From NCBI GenBank assembly GCA_017484205.1, contig JAFUTO010000015.1, positions 1,836 through 65,835 on the forward strand: a stretch of DNA of 64,000 nt, written 5' to 3'. This stretch comes from Bacilli bacterium (GTDB lineage: Bacteria; Bacillota_I; Bacilli_A; RF39; UBA660). The notes under the pieces were generated by a model that was given only the letters and a program-made list of their open reading frames with translations, ran no database searches and was not told the origin of the DNA. The position numbers and the translations under genes were made by a program. This document shows positions 49,931-60,268 of the stretch, in pieces; position 1 is the stretch's first letter; every line of letters begins with the position of its first letter.

Positions 49931-50911
49931 ATGTCATTCATCGAAGTTAAGCACATAAATAAAACTTTTAAAGTTCCAATAAGAGAAGATGGTAAATTTG
50001 GGGCGATGAAATCTTTCTTTAATAGAAAGTATAGGTATATCAATGCAATTCAAGATATATCATTTTCTATAAAAAAAGGTGAGATAGTAGGATATATTGG
50101 TCCTAATGGTGCAGGGAAAAGTACTACTATAAAAATATTATCTGGGATATTAACGCCAGATAGTGGAAGTGTTTGTATTGATAAGATGACACCATGGATT
50201 GATAGAAAAAAATATGTATCAGAAATAGGCGTAGTTTTTGGTCAAAGAAGTCAGTTATGGTGGGACATTCCAGCAATAGACTCGTTTAACTTGTTAAAGG
50301 ATATCTATAAAATATCTGATGAGGAATATGAAAAAACATTAAATGAATTAATTGAACTATTGAATTTAAAGGATATTATGAATATTCCAGTTCGACAGCT
50401 CAGTTTAGGTAATCGTATGAAATGTGAAATTGCTGCTTCACTTATACATAAACCTAAGATTTTATTTTTGGATGAACCGACTATAGGGTTAGATGCCGTA
50501 TCTAAAAAAGCAGTTAGAGATTTTATAAAAAGGATTAATAAGACAAATAATGTCACAGTTATATTAACTACACATGATATGTCGGATATAGAAGCTTTAG
50601 CTAAACGCATAATACTTATTGGTAAAGGTAGTATTTTGTATGATGGCACAATAGGTAAACTTAAAAAGAATTATGACTATTTGAGAAAAGTGAAGATAAC
50701 TACTAAGGATAATATAGAAATAAAAAGGGATTATATAATAAACCAAGTAAAAATAAAAGATGAAATTGAATTTGTTATAGATATAAGAAAAGTTGAATTA
50801 AGTGATTTCATAAAAGCGATATCATCTAAAATTTCTATTATTGATATAGAAATTATAAGTAATGATATAGATGATTTAATTGTTAGACTGTATGAGGAAT
50901 ATAAAATATGA
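49931..50911 (+). CDS. ABC transporter ATP-binding protein
   Basis: GGTGGAGAGGAG RBS. Walker A GPNGAGKST, signature LSLGNRMK, Walker B LFLDEPT. Extra C-terminal domain. Confidence 0.75.
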   Translation: MSFIEVKHINKTFKVPIREDGKFGAMKSFFNRKYRYINAIQDISFSIKKGEIVGYIGPNGAGKSTTIKILSGILTPDSGSVCIDKMTPWIDRKKYVSEIGVVFGQRSQLWWDIPAIDSFNLLKDIYKISDEEYEKTLNELIELLNLKDIMNIPVRQLSLGNRMKCEIAASLIHKPKILFLDEPTIGLDAVSKKAVRDFIKRINKTNNVTVILTTHDMSDIEALAKRIILIGKGSILYDGTIGKLKKNYDYLRKVKITTKDNIEIKRDYIINQVKIKDEIEFVIDIRKVELSDFIKAISSKISIIDIEIISNDIDDLIVRLYEEYKI

Positions 50912-51711
50912 AATCATATTTGTCATATTTTAACTTAAAATTTAAAACAGGCTTACAGTATAGAGCAGCTGCATATGCTGGAATAGCAACTCAACTTTTC
51001 TTTGGTATTATATATACATCTGTTTATATTGCATTTTATGAATCGAATGCATCGAATTACCCAATGGAATTAAATAAATTAATTAGTTTTTTATGGCTAA
51101 ATCAAGCTTTCTTTTCATTAATGTATTTATGGCATAAAGATAAAGACATATTAGCTATAATAAAAAATGGTAATATTGCTTATGAACTTTGTAGACCACA
51201 AGATTTATATTTGATGTGGGCATCTAAAATATTAGGTGAAAGATTATCGATGGTTACTTTAAGATTTTTACCTGTATTAATCTTTGCTCTTTTATTGCCA
51301 TTTCCGTATAAATTGATATTAAAAACATCTATACCATTTTTCTTATTATCAATAATTGCTTTAGTATTATCAACATTTTTATCAACGTTTTTAATTTTAT
51401 TATGTCATATTATATGTATGTTTACTTTAGATGAAAAAGGTATTGTAAATATATTTATGGTTACAGCTGATATTTTATCAGGATTGGTAATTCCAATACC
51501 ATTTTTTCCATCATTTTTACAAAAAATATCAAACATTTTACCATTTAGATATGTATCAGATTTTCCTTTCAGATTGTATGTTGGTGATATTAATATAAGG
51601 GAAGGTATAATAGGTATAATAATTCAATTAATATGGATAATAATTCTTGTTATTATTGGAAGAATACTTTCAAAGAGAGCTTTAAGAAAGGCTGTTATAC
51701 AAGGAGGTTAA
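50908..51711 (+). CDS. ABC-2 family permease
   Basis: 6-TM protein. ATGA overlap with the ATPase gene. Confidence 0.6.
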   Translation: MKSYLSYFNLKFKTGLQYRAAAYAGIATQLFFGIIYTSVYIAFYESNASNYPMELNKLISFLWLNQAFFSLMYLWHKDKDILAIIKNGNIAYELCRPQDLYLMWASKILGERLSMVTLRFLPVLIFALLLPFPYKLILKTSIPFFLLSIIALVLSTFLSTFLILLCHIICMFTLDEKGIVNIFMVTADILSGLVIPIPFFPSFLQKISNILPFRYVSDFPFRLYVGDINIREGIIGIIIQLIWIIILVIIGRILSKRALRKAVIQGG

Positions 51712-51712
51712 T

Positions 51713-52489
51713 ATGAGTTTATATTTAAAATATTTATCTATGCATCTAAAAAGTGAATTACAATATAAAATGTCTTTTATCTTATCTTTTATATCTCAAT
51801 TTTTCACTTTCTTTGGTTACTATTTTACGATATTATGTTTATTTAATAAATTTTCAAATATTAAAGGATTTACAGTGTATGAAGTTTTATTAACATTTTC
51901 TATAGTAACATTTGGTTGTTCATTTTGTGAGGTATTTTTTAGAGGGATGGATCAATTTGATAAATTAATAGTTGAAGGTAATTTTGATAGGTTACTTTTG
52001 AGACCTAGAAATATAATATTACAGGTATTTGGAGAAGAAATTAATTATGTAAAACTATCAAGAGTACTTCAATCTTTAGTTATATTAGTAATAGCTTTAC
52101 TAAATTTAAATGTAGAATGGAATATATATAAAGTATTAACTTTATTATTAATGATGTTAGGTTCAATTACTTTATTCTTATCGCTATTTACAATTGCAGC
52201 TACATATTGCTTTATTACTGTCAAAGGATTAGAAATAAGACATGTGTTGACAGATGGTGGAAAACATTTGGCACAGTATCCAATAGGAATATTTAGAAAA
52301 GGATTTGTATTAGTGCTTACATATATAGTACCATTTGGTTTTGTAAATTATTATCCATTATTATATATTTTAGGTAGAGTAGAAAAGAAAGTATATATAT
52401 TTTCCCCAATAACAACAATATTATATTTAATAGTATCTTTATTATTATTTTATAAAGGAGTTAAAAAATACTCTAGTGTTGGTAGTTAA
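51713..52489 (+). CDS. ABC-2 family permease (second)
   Basis: AAGGAGG RBS. 6 TM. Confidence 0.6.
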   Translation: MSLYLKYLSMHLKSELQYKMSFILSFISQFFTFFGYYFTILCLFNKFSNIKGFTVYEVLLTFSIVTFGCSFCEVFFRGMDQFDKLIVEGNFDRLLLRPRNIILQVFGEEINYVKLSRVLQSLVILVIALLNLNVEWNIYKVLTLLLMMLGSITLFLSLFTIAATYCFITVKGLEIRHVLTDGGKHLAQYPIGIFRKGFVLVLTYIVPFGFVNYYPLLYILGRVEKKVYIFSPITTILYLIVSLLLFYKGVKKYSSVGS

Positions 52490-52493
52490 TTAC

Positions 52494-52522
52494 AAAAGAA
52501 GAATTCATCTTCTTTTTTTGTT
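52494..52522 (+). terminator. rho-independent terminator
   Basis: Stem aagaaga/tcttctt with loop attca, followed by a T7 run. Followed by an extended -10 TGGTATAAT. Confidence 0.5.
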
Positions 52523-52538
52523 TTATAAATGGTATAAT

Positions 52539-53162
52539 TATATTGTGATGAATATGGTAGATTTATATAAATATGAGAATGAATTATATAGTGATGGTAT
52601 TGAATATATAGGTGGTGTAGATGAAGTAGGAAGAGGCCCTTTAATAGGACCTGTAGTTGCCGCATGTGCAGTATTACCTAAAGGTTTTAAATTAGAAGGA
52701 TTAAATGACTCTAAAAAACTTACTGAAAAGAAAAGAGAAGAGTATTATGAGTATTTAGTTAAAAATGCTATTTATGGTATAGGAATAGTAGATGCGGATA
52801 TAATAGATGATATAAATATATATGAAGCAACTAAGGTAGCAATGTATAAGGCTATAGAAGAAGTTAGAAAACAAGTTAATTTAGAATATGTTTTAATAGA
52901 TGCGATGCCTCTTAATTTGGATATTCCTACTAATTCTATAATTAAAGGTGATGCTAAAAGTATTAGTATTGCAGCTGCTTCTGTTATAGCTAAAGTAACA
53001 AGAGATAGAATGATGATAGAATTAGATAAAAAATATCCTATGTATGGATATGCGAAACATAAAGGATATCCAACTAAAAAACATATAGAAGCAATGCATG
53101 AGTATGGTCTTATAGAAGGATATAGAAAGACATATGGACCAGTAAAGGAGATGTTAAAATGA
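52539..53162 (+). CDS. rnhB: ribonuclease HII
   Basis: GVDEVGRGPLIGPVV catalytic motif. The track's start at 52476 runs through the upstream terminator and promoter, so the ATG at 52539 or 52545 is more likely. Confidence 0.8.
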   Translation, partial: YIVMNMVDLYKYENELYSDGIEYIGGVDEVGRGPLIGPVVAACAVLPKGFKLEGLNDSKKLTEKKREEYYEYLVKNAIYGIGIVDADIIDDINIYEATKVAMYKAIEEVRKQVNLEYVLIDAMPLNLDIPTNSIIKGDAKSISIAAASVIAKVTRDRMMIELDKKYPMYGYAKHKGYPTKKHIEAMHEYGLIEGYRKTYGPVKEMLK

Positions 53163-53443
53163 ATAATCCATTTAAACCACAAGAAGTAAAATTATATAAT
53201 TATAATAAACAAGATTTAGAAAAAAATAAAATAAATGATATAACTGATAGAATGCATAAACTTAATGGAAAGAATCATGAATATCAAGCTGGATATCACG
53301 AAAAAAGTTATGGTGATATGATTAAAAGACCGCAAAGTTATGGTGATGTTATAAAAAGACCAGATAATTCATATAGTAATCACTTGCCTAATGAATCACA
53401 TTATAGTGATGCAGGAAATAACAATGGATTTAAAAGTAATTAA
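53159..53443 (+). CDS. hypothetical protein (94 aa) with an internal tandem repeat
   Basis: ATGA overlap with the rnhB stop. Internal repeat SYGDMIKRPQ / SYGDVIKRPD. Confidence 0.35.
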   Translation: MNNPFKPQEVKLYNYNKQDLEKNKINDITDRMHKLNGKNHEYQAGYHEKSYGDMIKRPQSYGDVIKRPDNSYSNHLPNESHYSDAGNNNGFKSN

Positions 53444-53963
53444 AGTAGGTTATTTAGAAGAAAATTGTTATATCATAACTAAAGATAAAGCTATTGTTAT
53501 AGATCCTGGTGATGAAGGAAATAAGATTATAGATTATATTAGAAATAACAATTTAGAAATGGATGCTATATTAATCACACATCATCATGATGATCATGTA
53601 GGTGCATTAAATTCTTTACTTGATTATAAAAAAGTAAAAGTATATGATATATACAATTTAAATGAAGGAATACACGATATATCCGGATTTAATATAGAAG
53701 TAATTTATACTAAAGGTCATACTAATGACTCTGTAACTTACTATTTTAAAGATGAAAATATTATGTTTGTAGGAGATTTTATTTTTGAAGGTTCTATTGG
53801 TAGAATGGATTTACCAACTGGTAGTATCAATGAAATGAAGGAAAGTATTAATAAGATTAAAAAATATGATAAAGACATAATTATATACCCAGGGCATGGA
53901 AATAAAACAACTTTAGGTAAGGAAATTAAGGATAATTATTATTTCACATATTTTTCACAATAA
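53424..53963 (+). CDS. MBL-fold metallo-hydrolase
   Basis: HHHDDH zinc motif plus downstream His/Asp ligands. The start at 53424 (MDLKVIKVG) is preferred over 53391. Confidence 0.7.
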   Translation: MDLKVIKVGYLEENCYIITKDKAIVIDPGDEGNKIIDYIRNNNLEMDAILITHHHDDHVGALNSLLDYKKVKVYDIYNLNEGIHDISGFNIEVIYTKGHTNDSVTYYFKDENIMFVGDFIFEGSIGRMDLPTGSINEMKESINKIKKYDKDIIIYPGHGNKTTLGKEIKDNYYFTYFSQ

Positions 53964-54282
53964 TAACAAATATAAAACACATACCAAATATATAATGTAT
54001 ATAGTTGGAGGTGATAAGATAGAAAGATAAATTAAAACATACACAAATTACTAAAAATAATAAATAAAATAATATATATAAAATAAACCCTATAAATAAT
54101 GTAAATCTTAAAATAGTTAGATAGCAAACACTCCTTACTTTATCTATCTAACGAATATAAAAAATAAAAAACGGGAAAAAGAAGGTAAATACCTTCTTTT
54201 TTGTGTAAACTAATTTAAAAAATTACTTGATTAATATATTTTGGAAGAGATATAATAAATATATAGAATAGAGGAGTGTAAT

Positions 54283-55905
54283 ATGAAGAAAAAAGGATTT
54301 ACATTAATAGAGTTACTAGCTGTAATAGTAATATTAGCAATAATAGCATTAATAATAGTACCAGTAGTAGCAAACATAATAGAAAGTGCGAGATTTGGAG
54401 CAGCAAAAGATAGTGTATTAGAATATGTACATGCTGCAAATCAATATGGGGCTTTATCACTAGCAGGAGTAAGTGATGATGGATTAAATATAAATGGTAC
54501 ACTAGAATCAGGAGTTAATGATAGTGAATTAGAAAAGATAAAATATAGTGGAACTAAATTTGACTATATCTATATGGAATTTGATGAATCAAATAATGTA
54601 ACATCAGGAAAATTTTGCATCAATGGATATAGTCTAGATTATAACAATAATGAAGTGACAAAAGGTATGGGTTATTGTGAGACTTTAGATCCAGGATTAT
54701 ACGCAGAAGATGGAACATTAATAAAAACATGGGATGAATTAGTTGCGTTAGGTATGGATATAGAAAAAGACTATACTTCATCTACAATGAGAACTGATGC
54801 ATCAAATCCAACATTAGTATTTAAAAATAATGGTTTAAAAGGTAATTTAATATTACCAAACACTATAACAAAAATAGGTGATTATGCTTTTGTAGCAGGT
54901 ATGGGAATGAATTATAATGCATTAACTGGTGTAAAAATATCTGAAAGTGTTGAAACAATAGGTCTTGCTGCCTTCGATTATCAAAGAGAGTTAACATCAG
55001 TAGATTTTAGTAAAGCTACTAATTTAATAAGTATAGGTTCTTCTTCTTTTACTAATAACAGTCTTAAAAGTGTAAGTATAACAAACTCCCCCAATTTAAC
55101 TATTGTTAAAACATCAGCATTTGATGAAAATCAAATAGAAAAAGTAAGAATAAATGCGGATAGTTATATTATTGAAGATTATGTTTTTTATAGAAATAAA
55201 ATATCAGATTTGAAATTACTTGGTAAAGTCACAGCAATTGGTCAAGAAGCATTTAATGATAATCAACTTTCTGATTCACAAGGTTTCATATATGGAAAAG
55301 ATGAAAATGGTAATAACACAACTACTATAGTAAGTTATGGTGGGGCGAATAGAAATAATGTGACTATTCCTAATGGCGTAATTGCGATAGGAAAAAATGC
55401 TTTTCGTGGCCTTTCATTAACTGGAAAAATAACATTACCAGAAAGTGTATCTACTATTGAAAATAATGCATTTGAAGATAACTCTTTAACTGATTATGAA
55501 TTTAAAGGTGTGATATCATCATTTGGTAATGCGACATTCAATGGTAATTTAGTAGAAGGTGAAAAAGGATTTATAATGGCTCAAGATGCAAATGGTAATC
55601 CTACAACAACTATAGTAAGTTATGCGGGTGTTTCTAATAGAGATGTGACAATGCCTTCTGGAATAACTGAGATAGCTGCACATGCTTTTGAAAACATACA
55701 CTTTAAAAATGGTAATAGCGGTACCTCATTAACAGTCCCATCTACTGTAATGAAAGTAGGAAATAATGGTTTAAGTATTAGAGGAAATGCAGTAGACTCA
55801 AAAGCTAAGTTATATATTCAAGGCAAATCTAGTGAAGCTGATTTTACTGAATTAGATAGTAATTGGGTAAGTGGTCGTATGGTTGAAGTTATATACCAAC
55901 CATAA
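54283..55905 (+). CDS. prepilin-type N-terminal domain fused to a BspA-like leucine-rich-repeat domain (540 aa)
   Basis: GAGGAG RBS. Class III signal KKG|FTLIELLAVIVIL. Multiple ~23-aa LRR units (IPNGVIAIGKNAF.G.SLTG.ITLP). Confidence 0.65.
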   Translation: MKKKGFTLIELLAVIVILAIIALIIVPVVANIIESARFGAAKDSVLEYVHAANQYGALSLAGVSDDGLNINGTLESGVNDSELEKIKYSGTKFDYIYMEFDESNNVTSGKFCINGYSLDYNNNEVTKGMGYCETLDPGLYAEDGTLIKTWDELVALGMDIEKDYTSSTMRTDASNPTLVFKNNGLKGNLILPNTITKIGDYAFVAGMGMNYNALTGVKISESVETIGLAAFDYQRELTSVDFSKATNLISIGSSSFTNNSLKSVSITNSPNLTIVKTSAFDENQIEKVRINADSYIIEDYVFYRNKISDLKLLGKVTAIGQEAFNDNQLSDSQGFIYGKDENGNNTTTIVSYGGANRNNVTIPNGVIAIGKNAFRGLSLTGKITLPESVSTIENNAFEDNSLTDYEFKGVISSFGNATFNGNLVEGEKGFIMAQDANGNPTTTIVSYAGVSNRDVTMPSGITEIAAHAFENIHFKNGNSGTSLTVPSTVMKVGNNGLSIRGNAVDSKAKLYIQGKSSEADFTELDSNWVSGRMVEVIYQP

Positions 55906-55928
55906 AGATAGTTTGAAACTATCTTTTT
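55906..55928 (+). terminator. rho-independent terminator
   Basis: Stem agatagttt/aaactatct with a 1-nt loop, followed by a T5 run. Confidence 0.5.
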
Positions 55929-55980
55929 ACTTTACATATAAATGTAAAAGAATAAAAATAAACTTTTATTATTAAATTAT

Positions 55981-56011
55981 ATATTGTATAATTAATATAA
56001 TAGGTGATAAT
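55981..56011 (+). promoter_or_regulatory. promoter (extended -10 TGTATAAT) plus GGTGAT RBS; near-duplicate of 7026-7053
   Basis: ATATTGTATAATTAATATAATAGGTGATAATATG. Confidence 0.45.
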
Positions 56012-57271
56012 ATGAGGGGTATTAAGCTAGAAGGTCATAAAGACTTAACTAAAGATAAGAAAATATTAATAGTTGATAAACCTAAATATGTTTATATTCC
56101 TTTAATATGCAATAATGAAGAAGATATTGATATTAGAATAAGAAAGGGTAGTATAGTATCAGTAGGTAGTATACTTGCTATGGATAAAAAAAGTAATATG
56201 CCAATACATTCTAGTATCAGTGGTAGAGTAGTTGATTTTGTAGATAAATATTGTTATACGGGTAATGTTGTTAAAACAATTCAAATAGAGAATGATTTTA
56301 AAGATACTAAAGTAAAAGTAACAGATTTAAAAGAAATAGATAAATATACTAAAAAAGAATTCTTAAATATATTAAAAGAATGCGGTATTAAAGGTATGGG
56401 AGGAGCTAATTTTCCTACATACATTAAATATGATACTAAAACACGTATTAAACATTTGATTATAAATGCAGTAGAGTGTGAACCTTATATTACAGCTGAT
56501 TATCGTATAGTTATAGATCATGCTAAAGAGATAATTGAAACGATAGATGCTATTATGACGATTAATAAAATAGAACATGCTTATATAGCTATTAAAAAAA
56601 ATAATAAAGATATTATAAAAGTTTTAGATAATTATTTAAGTATATATCCTAGAATTAAAATAGTTTTAGTACCAAATATTTATCCAATGGGATGGGAAAG
56701 AAAACTGGTTAACTATATTCTTCATAAAGATTATAATATGCTACCTATTGAGTTAGATGCAGTAGTTAATAATGTATCTACTATATATGCTATATACAAT
56801 GCATTAAAATATAAAATGCCTATTACATCTAGACTAGTTACAATTGTAGGTGATGGTCTTAAAAAAGGGACTAATGTTGATGTAAAAATAGGACAAGATA
56901 TTAGTGAAGTGCTAGATATATTGGGACATAAAAAAAGAGATTTATTATTTATCTCAGGTGGTCCTATGATGGGAAAAACTATAGAAGATGAGAATTTTGT
57001 AGTAACTGGTAATGTCAATGCAATTTTATTGATTAAAAATGATGATATAGATTTATCTAGTACTTGTTTAAGATGTGGTAAATGTACTAATATATGCCCA
57101 GCTAAATTAAGCCCAATAATGATTAAAGAAAATATAAATAATGTAGAAGAATTAGAAAAATTAAATACATTAAAATGTATAGAATGTGGTTTATGTTCTT
57201 ATATATGCCCAGCAAAGATATTACTTAGAGAATATGTTATAAGAGCAAAAAAGAATGTGAGGGGTGAATAA
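56012..57271 (+). CDS. rnfC: Rnf electron transport complex subunit C
   Basis: Barrel-sandwich N-terminus, NAD/FMN-binding region, two 4Fe-4S motifs (CLRCGKCTNICP, CIECGLCSYICP). Confidence 0.85.
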   Translation: MRGIKLEGHKDLTKDKKILIVDKPKYVYIPLICNNEEDIDIRIRKGSIVSVGSILAMDKKSNMPIHSSISGRVVDFVDKYCYTGNVVKTIQIENDFKDTKVKVTDLKEIDKYTKKEFLNILKECGIKGMGGANFPTYIKYDTKTRIKHLIINAVECEPYITADYRIVIDHAKEIIETIDAIMTINKIEHAYIAIKKNNKDIIKVLDNYLSIYPRIKIVLVPNIYPMGWERKLVNYILHKDYNMLPIELDAVVNNVSTIYAIYNALKYKMPITSRLVTIVGDGLKKGTNVDVKIGQDISEVLDILGHKKRDLLFISGGPMMGKTIEDENFVVTGNVNAILLIKNDDIDLSSTCLRCGKCTNICPAKLSPIMIKENINNVEELEKLNTLKCIECGLCSYICPAKILLREYVIRAKKNVRGE

Positions 57272-59061
57272 TGGAAATAGAAACTAAATTAGGGCCCTTC
57301 ATGAAAAGTGATGACAGCACATCTAAAATTATGAAAAGATTATTAATTGCACTTCTACCTATAATATTATTTTCAGTTTATAAAAATGGTGTTTTATTAT
57401 ATATAAAGGGATACACTAATTTCTTTGGAATATTTTATCCTCTTATATTTATAATACTAGGTGGTCTTACCTCAATGGTTACAGAAGAAGCATTCTTATT
57501 TATATTTAAAAAACAAAGAGGTAATGATTTAATTAAAAGTGTAATATCTAGTTATGGTTTTATACCAGGACTATTTTTGAGCTTAGTATTACCAATCAAT
57601 ACTCCATTAGCTATTGTATTTATCGGTAGTGTTGTTGCGTCATTGATAGGTAAAATGATATATGGTGGATTTGGATATAACATTTTTAATCCTGCTTTAG
57701 TAGGCGCGATATTTGTAATAACATGTTATGGTGCTTTGATAGGTACTCGTGGTGGATATTTAAATAGGTACGAGATAGATACAATTGCTACAGCTACACC
57801 ACGCACTAATATGCAGTTAGTTGATAGTATAAATTACGACTCTATTATAAAACCTTATGGTAGTATGAAAGATTTCTTTATTGGAAATATTCCAGGTAGT
57901 ATAGGTGAGACTTCTAGTCTACTAATTATCATCGCATTTATCTACTTGACTGTGACAAAAACAATTAAGTGGCGAATACCATTAAGTTATGTTGGAACAT
58001 TTTTCCTAATGACAATCATATTTGATTATATTGTTGGTTATGGAGATTGGTATATCAAATATGAAATATTATCAGGTGGATTATTATTTGGAAGCGTCTT
58101 TATGGCAACAGATCCCGTAACTTCTCCTGTAACTAATAAAGGGCAAATACTATATGGAATGTCTTTAGGATTTATGACATTCTTACTTAGATATTTAACT
58201 AATTATCCTGAGGGAGTAATGACATCTATCTTATTTATGAATGCCTTAGTTTTATTCTTTGATAAGATAGGATCTAGAATAGAATATAATAAATTGTATT
58301 ACATAGCTTTTGCTATATTGAGTATTTGTATAATAGGATTTGGTATTTATGTAGGTAAAATAAATGTAAAAGATGATGAAAAGATAATGTCAAGTGATTT
58401 TGCAATACTTAGTAAGAAGAAAAATGATGGAAATACTGTATACGAAGTAACACAAAAAGGATTTGGAGGAAACATTAAAGCTAGGATAATTTTTGATAGC
58501 AGAAACATAACTTCAATTGAAGTATTAGAACAATATGAATCAGAAGATAGATATGCTTTAATAGAAGAATCTGATTATATTAATAAACTATTAGAAAATC
58601 AACATGATCTTGATTCTGTAGATACAATAAGTTCAGCGACTATTACTAGTTCAGCATTAAAGAAAATGGTTAGTCGCACTATAAATTCTTATGTGGGACA
58701 AACTGGGGTTACAATTACTAATCCACATACAGAAATTATTAGTAAAAATTATGATAGAGATGTTAGGATATATGTTGTTAGGACAGATAGTTTTGGAGGA
58801 AAAATCGATGTACAAGTAGTTATGAAAGGTAATACTATTAGGACAGCAATACCAATCAATTATAACGATACTTGTATAAGTGAATCTAAAAAGAGTGAAT
58901 ATTATATGTGTCCTGAATATTTAGAACAAGGATATATAAATAAACTAATTATTAATCAAGATAGTTTAGATAGTGTTGATACTGTGTCAGGTGCAACGAT
59001 ATCTAGTAAGGCAATTAAAGATGCATTAATTTATATGAAAGAGGAGGGATTAGATGGATAA
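57271..59061 (+). CDS. rnfD: RnfD-RnfG fusion protein with two FMN-binding domains
   Basis: N-terminal polytopic RnfD with the FMATDPVTSP flavinylation motif (residues 1-~350). C-terminal part with two FMN_bind-type repeats (SVDTISSATITS and SVDTVSGATISS). 596 aa. Confidence 0.75.
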   Translation: MEIETKLGPFMKSDDSTSKIMKRLLIALLPIILFSVYKNGVLLYIKGYTNFFGIFYPLIFIILGGLTSMVTEEAFLFIFKKQRGNDLIKSVISSYGFIPGLFLSLVLPINTPLAIVFIGSVVASLIGKMIYGGFGYNIFNPALVGAIFVITCYGALIGTRGGYLNRYEIDTIATATPRTNMQLVDSINYDSIIKPYGSMKDFFIGNIPGSIGETSSLLIIIAFIYLTVTKTIKWRIPLSYVGTFFLMTIIFDYIVGYGDWYIKYEILSGGLLFGSVFMATDPVTSPVTNKGQILYGMSLGFMTFLLRYLTNYPEGVMTSILFMNALVLFFDKIGSRIEYNKLYYIAFAILSICIIGFGIYVGKINVKDDEKIMSSDFAILSKKKNDGNTVYEVTQKGFGGNIKARIIFDSRNITSIEVLEQYESEDRYALIEESDYINKLLENQHDLDSVDTISSATITSSALKKMVSRTINSYVGQTGVTITNPHTEIISKNYDRDVRIYVVRTDSFGGKIDVQVVMKGNTIRTAIPINYNDTCISESKKSEYYMCPEYLEQGYINKLIINQDSLDSVDTVSGATISSKAIKDALIYMKEEGLDG

Positions 59062-59149
59062 GAATATATGGAAATCAATATTAGTATTAGTTATAGTAGT
59101 TATTCTATGTATCTTATCTATCTATATAACTCTTAGATTGATAGGGTGA
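59054..59149 (+). CDS. small single-TM peptide ORF (31 aa) between rnfDG and rnfE
   Basis: Strong GAGGAGGGA RBS 5 nt upstream. MDKNIWKSILVLVIVVILCILSIYITLRLIG. Overlaps the rnfDG stop. Confidence 0.35.
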   Translation: MDKNIWKSILVLVIVVILCILSIYITLRLIG

Positions 59150-59152
59150 TTT

Positions 59153-59725
59153 ATGAATATATATATAAGTATGGCAATATTATATTTGCTATTAATAAAT
59201 ACATTTGAGAATGCTTATTTATTTAGTATATGTTTTCTCATAACTATGCTTCTATCTGATATAATTATTACAGCAATAAAAAGATTTGTATATCCAAATA
59301 TTAGAATACCAGTATCTCTAATGATAACAGGTACAATAATAACTATTATCGAATTAATAATAAAAAAATATATTCCAGGTTTCTATAATGATATTGGGTT
59401 ATATTTACCATTAATGATGCTAATTATCTATAATTATGACAGTAATGATTCGTTAAAGAAAAGTTTAATAAATACATTTAAAAAGGCTATGCAATATGTG
59501 CTGGTATTATTAGGACTTATTTTGGTAAAAGAAATACTAGGAACTAATACAGTTACTTTAATGGATAACATAAGTAATATTACTGGTTATAGGGCAATAT
59601 ATAGAATATTACCAGATAATAACCTTATACCTATGCCATTATTAGTTAGTTCAGGTGGTAGCTTCATCCTTGTAGGTTTAGCCTTGGGTGTAATGAATAA
59701 GATAAAGGGTGGTAATAATGATTGA
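59153..59725 (+). CDS. rnfE: Rnf complex subunit E
   Basis: 190-aa polytopic protein of the RnfA/RnfE family, in rnfE position. AGGGTGA RBS. Confidence 0.8.
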   Translation: MNIYISMAILYLLLINTFENAYLFSICFLITMLLSDIIITAIKRFVYPNIRIPVSLMITGTIITIIELIIKKYIPGFYNDIGLYLPLMMLIIYNYDSNDSLKKSLINTFKKAMQYVLVLLGLILVKEILGTNTVTLMDNISNITGYRAIYRILPDNNLIPMPLLVSSGGSFILVGLALGVMNKIKGGNND

Positions 59726-60239
59726 TTTATTTATTGGAAGTATATTTTTATCTAATGTATTATTAACTAAATATTTAGGAATAAGAATTGATAAAGATAA
59801 ATCACTAACTGTTACTATATTGATTTCTATTATTACAATAATTTCTAGTATAGTTAATTATTTTGTATATAGTCTTTTATTAAAATTAAATGCAATTTAT
59901 TTAAGAAATTTAATATTTATATTGGATATTGTTATTGTAAGCAGTATTGTATTAATGATATATAAATTAATAACTAATAATGAGGATGATATATTACCTG
60001 TAGTAGTGAGTAATAGTTTGATATTAGGTGTAAGTTTATTTGTAACTAGTTCAGGATATGATTTAATTAATACAATAGTATATACAATAGGTAGTAGTGT
60101 AGGTTATATTTTAGTTATGTTCTTGTTTTATTATATGGATAAAGAATTATCTAAAAGGAAAGTATTAGTATCATTTAAAGGATATCCAATTATGCTTATA
60201 ACATTAGGCATATTATGTATGGTATTAGAAAGATTATAA
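59718..60239 (+). CDS. rnfA: Rnf complex subunit A
   Basis: GGGTGG RBS before the ATG at 59718, with an 8-nt overlap with rnfE. 6 TM. RnfA/NqrE family. Confidence 0.8.
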   Translation: MIDLFIGSIFLSNVLLTKYLGIRIDKDKSLTVTILISIITIISSIVNYFVYSLLLKLNAIYLRNLIFILDIVIVSSIVLMIYKLITNNEDDILPVVVSNSLILGVSLFVTSSGYDLINTIVYTIGSSVGYILVMFLFYYMDKELSKRKVLVSFKGYPIMLITLGILCMVLERL

Positions 60240-60245
60240 AATAAA

Positions 60246-60268
60246 AACAGCTTTGTTAAGCTGCTTTT
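60246..60268. terminator. bidirectional terminator between rnfA and rpmB
   Basis: Stem cagctt/aagctg with loop tgtt, flanked by an A5 run and a T6 run. Confidence 0.5.
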
